DNA of 14,210 nt, from IMG/VR virus record IMGVR_UViG_648276652_000020; one strand, given 5' to 3'. Of the stretch, positions 1 through 7,162 are shown in pieces (positions within the stretch are counted from its first letter, which is position 1; every line of letters starts with the position of its first letter). The translations under genes were made by a program, and so were the position numbers. The stretch comes from a virus. Its lineage: Duplodnaviria > Heunggongvirae > Uroviricota > Caudoviricetes. The notes under the pieces were generated by a model. That model worked only from the letters and a program-made list of their open reading frames with translations, was not told the DNA's origin and did no database searches.

Positions 1-19
1 CTATTTGATAAATATTAAA

Positions 20-1315
20 TTAATTTTTCATTGCTTCGTTATGGGGCATGGTTGGGGCAAACTCGCTTAACTGTGTATTTAACAAAGCTACCTGTGCATT
101 ATTGTTTTCAGACATCCATTTTCCGTATACCTGAAATACCATTTGCGCATCTGCATGGCCCATCTGGTTTGCTATAAATGCCGGGTTAGCACCAGCTGTC
201 AGCGACCAGCAGGCATAAGTATGTCTCGACTGATATGATTTTCGATGGCGGAGCCCGGCACGTTTTATCGCTGCGTCCCACATCTGCCTTATTGAGTCAA
301 CGGTAAAATGGTCACCATAATTTTTTACTCTCGCTGACACTTCAGGTTGAAAAACAAAGGTGCATTTTTGTTTTTCTGTTCTGCCATACTCTCTGAGGTG
401 AACATCAATGATATGCTCTTTGCTCAGTCTCGTTAATGTCATCTGACTCCGGAGAGCGTCGATTGCTGGCTTAATAAGATGAATGACCCGATTGGTTCCC
501 GCCTGTGTTTTTGGTACCGTGAAACGGTCTTTTGCTAAATTTCTCCTGATCATCATTGTTCCATTTTTCAGATCTATGTCCTCCCATCCAAGTGCACACA
601 GCTCACCAGGGCGAACGCCAGTATAAACAGAAACACACCATAAATTTTTTGCTTGCTGATTTCTGCACGCATCGATAAGACGGATAAATTCCTCCCGCGA
701 AAGAGGATCCGGAATGGTTCTTGATTCCTTTAATGGCGAGATCCCCTTAAACGGATTATCTGCCAGGTAACCGTTATCAACACCAAACTGGAACACGGCG
801 TTAAGATTTGTCATGTAATTATTTACAGTCACAGCCGATCTCCCTGGTTGTGTAACAATATAGTTACTTTTGGGGATCTGGTATCCAGTCAGTAGCTCTT
901 TACGAACCTCCAGTAATTTTTCTTTATTAATCGATGAGGCAAGATTTTTTTCACCGATTATGCTCAGGATATTTTTGATGACGGCACGGTATGTGTTGAG
1001 TGATGTTTTGGCGACTTCAGTTTCTTTCAGTGCCAGAAATTTTTCAGCCAGTTCTTTTATGGTTAAATCTTGTCGGGCCTCACCAAATTTTTCCAGATTG
1101 CGTGAGGAGGGAAACTGTTTTGCATAGTCGAAAACACCAGTTTTTATTGCGTAACAAACAGAGGAGCGTAGTTCACCTGCAACGCGCCTGTTTTTTGTTG
1201 TGTCAGGAACCCCCAGATTTTCCCTGACTCTTACGCCTTTATAAACAAACCAGATACGTAATTTCCCTCCATGGTTTTCCACGCCTGTCGGATATTTCAT
1301 TTCAACTTCTCTCAT
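20..1315 (-). CDS. int: Prophage tyrosine integrase (lambda/Rac-family site-specific recombinase)
   Basis: 431-aa ORF. C-terminal region carries tyrosine-recombinase-type motifs (VYTGVRPGEL; HRKSYQSRHTYACWSL; VFQVYGKW). Sits at the prophage edge next to an excisionase-like gene. The internal Met at 1300 (MKYPTG...) is an alternative start with a GAGAG SD-like sequence upstream. Confidence 0.9.
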   Translation of the reverse strand: MREVEMKYPTGVENHGGKLRIWFVYKGVRVRENLGVPDTTKNRRVAGELRSSVCYAIKTGVFDYAKQFPSSRNLEKFGEARQDLTIKELAEKFLALKETEVAKTSLNTYRAVIKNILSIIGEKNLASSINKEKLLEVRKELLTGYQIPKSNYIVTQPGRSAVTVNNYMTNLNAVFQFGVDNGYLADNPFKGISPLKESRTIPDPLSREEFIRLIDACRNQQAKNLWCVSVYTGVRPGELCALGWEDIDLKNGTMMIRRNLAKDRFTVPKTQAGTNRVIHLIKPAIDALRSQMTLTRLSKEHIIDVHLREYGRTEKQKCTFVFQPEVSARVKNYGDHFTVDSIRQMWDAAIKRAGLRHRKSYQSRHTYACWSLTAGANPAFIANQMGHADAQMVFQVYGKWMSENNNAQVALLNTQLSEFAPTMPHNEAMKN

Positions 1316-1334
1316 TAGTTAGTGTGGCTTTTAG

Positions 1335-1585
1335 TCAAGTAAGATGACGTCTTGGTCTCGCTGATGCCTGGCGCTCAATCCAGCGATCAATTTCTTCCAG
1401 GTTGTAAAAGCATGGACTGTTATCCCATGGCATACCGTCATGAGCGACATGCTTATATTCCCTTCCTTCCATAAACGATTTTTCCCGGGCCTTTTTTAAC
1501 GTACCTTTTTTATTCCTTTCAGCGCAATTAACTGCTCTTCGGATACCCATTTGCCGGGAGAGACAATCATGATTACTTCGCTCAT
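1335..1585 (-). CDS. xis: Excisionase-like small DNA-binding protein (lambda Xis-like), split across two frames at an A_AAA_AAG heptamer; programmed -1 frameshift, pseudogene or homopolymer error
   Basis: Frame A (1585->1496) encodes MSEVIMIVSPGKWVSEEQLIALKGIKKVR*. The -1 frame continues from the heptamer at 1505-1511 as ...KKGTLKKAREKSFMEGREYKHVAHDGMPWDNSPCFYNLEEIDRWIERQ... to 1335. The fused ~83-aa product has a W in the N-terminal helix and an hydrophobic-EGREY-x-H motif resembling lambda Xis (KDGREYLFHE). Lies between int and the exonuclease gene. Confidence 0.5.
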
Positions 1586-1657
1586 CGATTTCTTTATCTC
1601 TTACATCAGACGAGCGCCGGTTGCAGAATACCAGTCACAACCGGCGACAGTTGAACA

Positions 1658-4129
1658 TTAAGAATCAGCCTGACTCGGGATAAGTTTTTGCCAGATAACT
1701 GAAACGTATTTTGCCTGGTAACGGGCGTCATCAAGTGCATTATGGCGCTCACCTTCGAATGGAATAGCCGTTCTGGCATCGAAGTCTATGGCTTTCCCCA
1801 GCTCAACGATTGTGCGTACATCGCGATCGTTGTAGTAACGCCACGGGCAGGGGATCCCCTGCCGTTCGTATGAACGGCGCAAAATCGTGTTGTCGAAGTT
1901 GGCTCCATTTCCCCAAACCTGAACAAAAAATTCACCGGAGTTTTCGTCGATAAATTCCCGCAATTGTAATAGTGCATCATCTAACGGGATTTCATCGGTC
2001 ATAATGGCAGATTGCGCTTCGCGTGATTGCTTAAGCCACCATTTAATGGTGTCCCGATCAATGACTCCGCCAGCAGTTTCCAGATCGATAGTCTTACTAA
2101 ATTCCGGTCCCATATCTCCGGTTTGCGGATCGAAAAATATTGCACCTATTGAGATGATCGGGGCATCAGGATTTTTTCCCATGGTTTCAAGGTCGATCAT
2201 TAGATGGTCACACGTCCTGCTGGTGGATGTGATAACGTGATGACCGTTCACCGTAATTAAGGGATCTGCCGTCTCGCCAGTTTCACTATCGCTGGCGTGG
2301 TCCTGAGCGCTGCCAGCATTCCCCTTGTGTGGATGTTCAGCGCCTTCCATTTTCTCCGAATCGTCTTCCTGAACTTCAACCTGGTTCTTGTCATCGAATG
2401 TTTCCTGGTATGTTGCGTCGCCCATCACCGCACCACAATCATGGCAGTTGCCGCCACCGCTCTGACCGCAGGCGGTGCAGATCTTTTTCGGTTCCTGTTG
2501 CACTACTGGTTCAGGTTGTTTCGTTTCTGGCTCGTTTTGTTGCGTATTTGGGCTGTTTTGTTCCGCTTTCTGATCGTTCTGTTCCGTTTCTTGCTGGTTC
2601 TGGTTCACAGAATCGCGGGTTTCAATCCCCTTTACCCATTCCGGATCATTCGGATCGCTAATCCCTGCAACAAATTCACCGCGTGATACTGCAAGCAGTT
2701 CATCGGTGTCAGGCTGGCTGATATTGGCTGCCTGCATAATTTTGTTTACTTCGTCAGCGGTAACTTTTACCGGCCCTGGTTGTGCGGTCGTGTCAGATGC
2801 ACCAGTATTTTGTTGTGAACCTGAGTATGTACCGTTTTTGCGGGCGAAATATTCTTCTTTCGTGATTTCAGTAGCCCCGGCAGCCAGTGCCTTATCCAGA
2901 CCAGAAAGTTTGTTTGCGCGACCGTATTTTTCGCCATCCTTGTCGGTGAAGAGGAAGTAGAACGGCCCCTCACGCTCTACAGATGGTTCGACTTCCACTT
3001 TGCATTCGGTTTTTTCGTTGTCCGGAATTGCCGTTTCCACTGCATCAGTTTCTGGTACTGGCGACGAGAGAGTATCAGTTGCGCTCTGATTTCTTCCTTC
3101 ATCTTCAAACACGCCCTTTGTAGTCAGGTATTCAGTAATGTATTTGTTCAGTGCCACAGGGTCTTTGTGAATGTCGATCGGACGTTCACGGACAAGGCCA
3201 AAAATAGTCTGGCGGTCGTAGCGAAGGGCATCAGGCTGTTTGCGCATTGATGCCGAGATACGCTTCCAGTCTTCGCGGTCGTTGTCGATAACTTCATTTT
3301 TTGCCCAGCGATGGATGCTGCCGTCAATGTTTCCGGCATCCACATCACCAGGCCAGAGAGCGTAGGCCAGTTCGTCATCCAGTGTTTTCCATGTCTGCTT
3401 GTATTCGCGATGAGTGGCAGCAATGACCGGGCTGATTTTTCCTGTTGAATTGTCAGTGTACTGTTGATTGGCTCTGGCGCGGGCGAGATCAACAACAGAC
3501 GTGTATTTTCCGGTTTCCTTGCGTTCACCTTCGCGACGTTTTTTCCAGATGCGCATCTCTGCCTGAATTTCGGGCCATTTAGCACCAGGAATACATTTAT
3601 GCTTAACCCACCCAATGGCGTGCAACTTAAGCTCCGGATACATGGCGTTAACTTCTGGCATTTTCATCAACGCTTCAACGATATGTCCGTCGAATGTTGC
3701 CATGTCTTCCTGCAACAATTCCTGTGCGCTAATAACCATATCAACGGTGATGTTTTCACATGTGTCGAACTTAACCAGGACCGCGTTCTGTACTTCAGGG
3801 GACAGCTTGTCAAAATTGACGTTCATCGGATCGGATTCTGGTTCGACCGGAATAAAGGAAGCGGATTCCTCATCCCAGCAGTTTTCCTGCATATATTCGG
3901 TATCCCAGGAGTCGATGGCAGGGCGGGGCATGCCGGGTTTATCCTCGCAAACAAGAAATTTATAAGCGCAGTCCTGAGCAGCCGGATATTGCTCCAGGAA
4001 TTGCCAGGTAAATTTGGCTCGGGCGCGGCGTTCGTCGCCGGCTTCAATGGCAGTGGCTACAGCGACTGCACCTTCTTCCTTTATTGCCTGTTCGTCCGGA
4101 ATGGCGGCGCAAATAAAGACTTTACTCAT
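1658..4129 (-). CDS. Prophage exonuclease, 823 aa, with C-terminal DEDDh (DnaQ-like) 3'-5' exonuclease domain (the kind often annotated exodeoxyribonuclease VIII-like)
   Basis: C-terminal domain shows the three DEDDh motifs: Exo I MIDLETMG, Exo II VWGNGANFDNTIL, Exo III ERHNALDDARYQ. The middle is an acidic/Q-rich low-complexity linker with a Cys cluster CTACGQSGGGNCHDCG. Start codon at 4127-4129 has GAGG 10 nt upstream. Confidence 0.85.
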   Translation of the reverse strand: MSKVFICAAIPDEQAIKEEGAVAVATAIEAGDERRARAKFTWQFLEQYPAAQDCAYKFLVCEDKPGMPRPAIDSWDTEYMQENCWDEESASFIPVEPESDPMNVNFDKLSPEVQNAVLVKFDTCENITVDMVISAQELLQEDMATFDGHIVEALMKMPEVNAMYPELKLHAIGWVKHKCIPGAKWPEIQAEMRIWKKRREGERKETGKYTSVVDLARARANQQYTDNSTGKISPVIAATHREYKQTWKTLDDELAYALWPGDVDAGNIDGSIHRWAKNEVIDNDREDWKRISASMRKQPDALRYDRQTIFGLVRERPIDIHKDPVALNKYITEYLTTKGVFEDEGRNQSATDTLSSPVPETDAVETAIPDNEKTECKVEVEPSVEREGPFYFLFTDKDGEKYGRANKLSGLDKALAAGATEITKEEYFARKNGTYSGSQQNTGASDTTAQPGPVKVTADEVNKIMQAANISQPDTDELLAVSRGEFVAGISDPNDPEWVKGIETRDSVNQNQQETEQNDQKAEQNSPNTQQNEPETKQPEPVVQQEPKKICTACGQSGGGNCHDCGAVMGDATYQETFDDKNQVEVQEDDSEKMEGAEHPHKGNAGSAQDHASDSETGETADPLITVNGHHVITSTSRTCDHLMIDLETMGKNPDAPIISIGAIFFDPQTGDMGPEFSKTIDLETAGGVIDRDTIKWWLKQSREAQSAIMTDEIPLDDALLQLREFIDENSGEFFVQVWGNGANFDNTILRRSYERQGIPCPWRYYNDRDVRTIVELGKAIDFDARTAIPFEGERHNALDDARYQAKYVSVIWQKLIPSQADS

Positions 4130-4209
4130 TTTGTTTTAACCTCATTACAGATTTAAGGGTGAACAAATCCCTGCCATTGCTGGCATATAAAAATGAAACC
4201 GGATATTAA

Positions 4210-4413
4210 TTACGGTGCTGTTTTAAGTCCTGCCGGGATTTCGTTATTGTCCATGCGAATAACTTTCTCAACCGGATAACAGTTGCCGGGAATTTTCTGT
4301 TCCGCTGCGGCAGCCATGCATTCTTTCATTGAGTCATGTATACCAATAACAAGATCAACTGGCTCGCCCGTATTAAGAAAAACCGTCAGAACGAGTGCAA
4401 ATGTTGTATTCAT
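4210..4413 (-). CDS. Hypothetical small protein (67 aa from the internal Met; ORF extends to 4467)
   Basis: Start at 4413 has AGGA 8 nt upstream and forms an ATGA start/stop overlap with the upstream ORF (plus 4410-4413). N-terminus is hydrophobic (MNTTFALVLTVFL). No family recognised. Confidence 0.5.
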   Translation of the reverse strand: MNTTFALVLTVFLNTGEPVDLVIGIHDSMKECMAAAAEQKIPGNCYPVEKVIRMDNNEIPAGLKTAP

Positions 4414-4598
4414 TGCCAGTATCCTTTTTGCATCAGACGTAAACGGGCCAGCATTGATACAATGCATATTTGATTTAATAGCTCCCGTTCGTGTTTTCTC
4501 TTATTAATGGCATCTTCAGTAAATACAGGGTTACTGATTCTGACACCAATTTCAAAACAACCTTCAGACGTATTAACGTTTGGTAATAACGTTTCCAT
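4410..4598 (-). CDS. Hypothetical small protein (63 aa; a longer GTG-initiated version would reach 4694)
   Basis: ATG at 4596-4598 preceded by GAGGA at 7-nt spacing. Stop overlaps the start of the next gene (ATGA), suggesting translational coupling. No family recognised. Confidence 0.45.
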   Translation of the reverse strand: METLLPNVNTSEGCFEIGVRISNPVFTEDAINKRKHERELLNQICIVSMLARLRLMQKGYWQ

Positions 4599-4615
4599 TA
4601 TCGCATCCTCAACAA

Positions 4616-4777
4616 TGAATTTTGTGATGCGGTGCCTGGTGCCTCCAGGTGACGTTAACCAGTTAATAATTAACGCCGGATACAGAGAACCCACCCATAA
4701 GAACCAATACGGAAGTCAACTGGCCTTTTTAACTGTTCCGCGTGCGCTGAGCCGCATTCACCGCATCACAAAATTCA
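4616..4777. repeat. Perfect 19-bp inverted repeat (tgaattttgtgatgcggtg at 4616-4634; caccgcatcacaaaattca at 4759-4777) separated by 124 bp
   Basis: Read directly from the sequence; arms are exact reverse complements. The 3' arm on the minus-strand transcript ends about 3 nt before the SD of the 4598 gene. The spacer contains further small palindromes (cctgg-tgcct-ccagg; gttaac; ttaataattaa). Confidence 0.8.
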
Positions 4778-4778
4778 C

Positions 4779-4827
4779 TTTAAAAAGGGCGGGTATCACA
4801 AGGGAAAACAAAAAACGGATACCCGCC
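4779..4827 (-). terminator. Candidate intrinsic terminator-like hairpin on the minus strand (10-bp GC-rich stem, 20-nt loop, then CUUUUUAAAG)
   Basis: Stem ggcgggtatc (4788-4797) pairs with gatacccgcc (4818-4827). On the minus strand the stem is followed by a T5 run (rc of 4779-4787). The loop is unusually long, so efficiency is uncertain. Confidence 0.3.
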
Positions 4828-5174
4828 AAAAGGTAATCAACATGGGTTGTTGCAGCGGGGTTGTCACTTAAGCGTATGGTCAACCTGACAACCCGGTGCC
4901 ACTAATGGGGTAAGAATAACCCCGCCATACTTACCGCCGCGCCATTTCGAGGATTGCCACAACCGGAAGCGCACAGACGAAGATGTCAGTGGTACACAAC
5001 AAAGGGAGGAATGACTTCGCCGTGCGCTTTCGCGTTATGCCCTGACTTTTCAGGGATATATCCTTTCAGTAAACTGTTTGTGCCGGATTCTTATCCGTGT
5101 CCGGCGCACGACCACGCGCTGTCACGTGTGGTCTCCATTCTCAACCAGTAACCTCAATGGAGGATAAAATTAAA

Positions 5175-5474
5175 ATGGTCAGCAAACTAAATCAGACTCG
5201 CTGGAAGATTCATTATGAAACAGCGCGTTTAAATTATATTCTTGAATGTTTTGGGGATAACCTTGCTGCTGAGGAAGGCTATCCAAACCATGTCGATGGT
5301 TTCGAAGCGATATATCTTTATCTATCCCGTAAACATGGATGGACTATTTCACAGTGTCGTTTAATGCCACTGGATGATATTCGCCTTGCTCTTTCGTTAG
5401 AGCTATCAGGGTGGCGACTCCCTGATGATGCAAAGATTGACGACCATCATTCTCACGATGATATAAGTTGTTAA
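5175..5474 (+). CDS. Hypothetical protein (~99 aa) encoded opposite to the surrounding leftward operon
   Basis: ATG at 5175 preceded by GGAGGA (5159-5164). Translation has balanced composition (MVSKLNQTRWKIHYETARLNYILECFGDNLAAEEGYPNHVDGFEAIYLYLSRKHGW...). Its 3' end overlaps the convergent minus-strand ORF by 131 bp, so one of the two may be mis-called. Confidence 0.45.
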   Translation: MVSKLNQTRWKIHYETARLNYILECFGDNLAAEEGYPNHVDGFEAIYLYLSRKHGWTISQCRLMPLDDIRLALSLELSGWRLPDDAKIDDHHSHDDISC

Positions 5475-5733
5475 GTTCCAGTAGTTTGGCTTTTGCAATG
5501 ACCTCTACAGATTTCCAGAATTTGTGGGGGTCTGTACTCTCTTCCTGTTCGTCAGGAATGTTATTGTCCTCAACAGAAACAGAATACAGTCCGGTAAACG
5601 CATCGCGCACATTACGAGCCATATTATCAATGTCTTTTTTCGTTTCAGCTTCTAATGCAACTTCGTTCAGACGTTGACGAAGTGTATGTGCTGCAATTTC
5701 TTGGATTTCTTTTGGTAACTCTTTAAATTCCAT
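5344..5733 (-). CDS. Hypothetical protein (129 aa from Met at 5733; ORF extends to 5745)
   Basis: GAGG SD 6 nt upstream of the ATG at 5731-5733. The upstream gene's TGA stop overlaps an in-frame ATG (plus 5743-5747). N-terminal two-thirds is charged and helical-looking (MEFKELPKEIQEIAAHTLRQRLNEVALEAETKKDIDNMARNV...). Confidence 0.55.
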   Translation of the reverse strand: MEFKELPKEIQEIAAHTLRQRLNEVALEAETKKDIDNMARNVRDAFTGLYSVSVEDNNIPDEQEESTDPHKFWKSVEVIAKAKLLELNNLYHRENDGRQSLHHQGVATLIALTKEQGEYHPVALNDTVK

Positions 5734-5744
5734 AGTCAACCTCA

Positions 5745-5978
5745 TCAGTCAGTGTTTCTGGCTAACCAGCGATGCGCGCCAGTTTCGGTTTTAAACGTTT
5801 TGCTTTTGGTATACGTCATCGCGGTGAATGTGCCGTCCTGGTTGGAAAACACGCCGTACACCAGAGATTCGTTGTTGCCAAGATCGATAGTATCCATGCT
5901 GACCTCATTTCCCCTTAACGCCGGGGTAGCGGAACAAAAACCTGCTGCATAGTTATTAAAGTTGAACCCTGCCGTCAT
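5745..5978 (-). CDS. Hypothetical small protein (77 aa; alternative start at 5897 gives 50 aa), first gene of the leftward operon next to the repressor
   Basis: ATG at 5976-5978 has GAGG 7 nt upstream; the internal ATG at 5897 also has an SD. Lies directly downstream of the candidate leftward promoter. No family recognised. Confidence 0.55.
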   Translation of the reverse strand: MTAGFNFNNYAAGFCSATPALRGNEVSMDTIDLGNNESLVYGVFSNQDGTFTAMTYTKSKTFKTETGAHRWLARNTD

Positions 5979-6076
5979 GTTCTTACGCCTCGGGCTGGCT
6001 ACTTACCCCCTGACCACTGCCTGGTAACTCGAAGTATTGCCCGGCGTTCTGTGGGGTGGGGTGAGGGAATGAATGA

Positions 6077-6122
6077 AGTTTAGAAAAATGAACTTTTCAG
6101 GTCAATGTTTTTTTATCAAAAC
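6077..6122 (-). promoter_or_regulatory. Candidate leftward early promoter (pL-like) with an adjacent operator-like palindrome
   Basis: On the minus strand: TTGACC (rc of 6100-6105), 17-nt spacer, TAAACT (rc of 6077-6082). Immediately upstream is gtttttttatcaaaac (6107-6122), a GTTTT...AAAAC pseudo-palindrome matching the operator-like sites near the repressor start. Assigned by hexamer matching only. Confidence 0.3.
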
Positions 6123-6189
6123 ATTTTAGGCAGGCAGCTGTTAAGCCATCACCACGATGGCATACAGTTAATCAAATAGATGAGGTTGG

Positions 6190-6828
6190 TTAAATATCTT
6201 GTTGAATTTTAAAGCATACGCCCAATATGCAAGATAGATCTTCCAGCATAATTGAAGGGTAGCGAGGATTCGTGGGGACTAAAAGAATATCCGGCCCTTC
6301 TATCTCCAGTTTACGAATGACAGGTGTTGTGGTCCCTTTGGGTAAGGCAAGGACAATATTTCCTGGTTGTACGGTTCGATCGGGATCAACAAAAACTGTT
6401 GAACCATTTGGGATGGAAACTCCCCCACCAGATGTTGACATACTGTCACTCTCTAGAACAACTGCAAAGGTATTGGCCGGGATTTCTCCGACAAGCTGCA
6501 CACAAGAGGTTATTGAGGAATTTTTCATATAATCACTCCAGCTTGCTGCCTGCTGAAGTGATAGTAGCGGAACCGTTTTTATCGGCGGTAAAGATAGATC
6601 AAGCGAATCACCTGTATTTAACTCTCCTCCATTAAGAAGCCAATTTTCGTTTACTTTCAATATCTTTGCCAGTGAACTTATGTAACGCGAGGACGGCGCT
6701 CCTCCACCGTTCATCCATTGACTTACGGAGCCTTTTGATGCGCCAGTGGCATTGACAAGGTCTTTGCCTTTCAGGTTTAGCGCATGCATACGTTGGGTTA
6801 TGCGTTCAGATATTGTTTGCTTGCTCAT
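6190..6828 (-). CDS. cI-like prophage repressor (N-terminal HTH, C-terminal S24/LexA-like autopeptidase domain)
   Basis: 212 aa. N-terminal HTH region (...LNLKGKDLVNATGASKGSVSQWMNG...). C-terminal domain with the Ser-containing motif VVLESDSMS...VFVDPD and a downstream Lys (VIRKLEIEG), as in lambda CI/LexA. Divergent from a cro-like gene. No SD, consistent with a leaderless pRM-type transcript. Confidence 0.9.
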   Translation of the reverse strand: MSKQTISERITQRMHALNLKGKDLVNATGASKGSVSQWMNGGGAPSSRYISSLAKILKVNENWLLNGGELNTGDSLDLSLPPIKTVPLLSLQQAASWSDYMKNSSITSCVQLVGEIPANTFAVVLESDSMSTSGGGVSIPNGSTVFVDPDRTVQPGNIVLALPKGTTTPVIRKLEIEGPDILLVPTNPRYPSIMLEDLSCILGVCFKIQQDI

Positions 6829-6890
6829 GTTTTGATTTTAAAACACAGATGGTTTTGTTTCTTGACTTTCTTTGGTTTTGATTATTAAAC
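6828..6890. promoter_or_regulatory. Divergent promoter/operator region: three operator-like sites at 23-bp phasing overlapping candidate pR and pRM
   Basis: GTTTTG-initiated sites at 6829, 6852 and 6875. Site 1 gttttgattttaaaac and site 3 gttttgattattaaac match 14/16; site 2 is more degenerate. Rightward -35 TTGACT (6862-6867) with -10-like TATTAA (6883-6888). Leftward -10-like TAAAAT (rc of 6834-6839) sits 4 nt from the repressor ATG. Confidence 0.5.
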
Positions 6891-6919
6891 TTTTGGCGTT
6901 CAGTTTTATGGAGCGACTC

Positions 6920-7162
6920 ATGAAAAAATCAGAAGTATTAGGCTATTTTGGCGGAGTTGTTAAAACAGCCGCAGCTCTAGGAACGTCAAAAACCACAGTC
7001 AGCATGTGGGGGGAAGAGGTTCCGTGGAAATGGGCGTTGCTAATTCAGGCAGTCACTGCCGGGGCGCTCAAATATGAGTTACACATACCGACGGTTGTCA
7101 TTCCCGGTTCTGATCATAATCCGCCTTCTAACCAAGGGGGGATTCATGAAAATCAAGCATGA
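6920..7162 (+). CDS. ydaS: Cro-like HTH regulator (YdaS-like)
   Basis: 80 aa from ATG 6920 with GGAG 6 nt upstream. MKK...GG...AAALG.S..TVS.W pattern resembles YdaS/Cro-like HTH proteins. Divergent from the repressor; overlaps the next gene by 17 nt. Confidence 0.65.
   Translation: MKKSEVLGYFGGVVKTAAALGTSKTTVSMWGEEVPWKWALLIQAVTAGALKYELHIPTVVIPGSDHNPPSNQGGIHENQA

Noticed and set aside
1-19. Possible attL core to the left of int
   Set aside because: Only 19 bp lie outside the integrase ORF, which is too little to recognise an attachment site or a flanking tRNA/host gene.
1335-1550. Track ORF of 71 aa starting MGIRRAVNCAERNKK, taken as a standalone gene
   Set aside because: Its first 15 codons read the upstream Xis-like frame out of frame. 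The protein only resembles an excisionase when joined to the upstream frame across the A_AAA_AAG heptamer, so it is treated as the downstream part of a split xis.
1615-1646. 9-bp inverted repeat (cgccggttg / caaccggcg) between xis and the exonuclease gene, considered as a terminator
   Set aside because: No T-tract follows on either strand. At most a minor secondary structure or protein-binding site.
2297-2686. Plus-strand ORFs of 129 and 110 aa antisense to the exonuclease gene (and similar ones at 2004-2240, 2706-2960, 3464-4156, 3615-3965)
   Set aside because: They lie within the well-supported exonuclease frame, have low-complexity or Arg/Ser/Leu-rich translations typical of antisense frames, and lack SD sequences.
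4507-4836. Plus-strand ORF of 109 aa spanning the inverted-repeat region
   Set aside because: Low-complexity translation with no SD. It overlaps the better-supported minus-strand small genes and the repeat structure, so the region is more likely noncoding.
5041-5056. Palindrome ccctgacttttcaggg resembling a lambda boxB nut hairpin
   Set aside because: I found no boxA-like element (CGCTCTTA) nearby and no N-like arginine-rich protein in the operon. Kept only as part of the structured-region finding.
4954-5151. Plus-strand ORF of 65 aa in the GC-rich structured region
   Set aside because: Cys/Pro/Arg-rich translation typical of a chance ORF in GC-rich DNA, with no SD.
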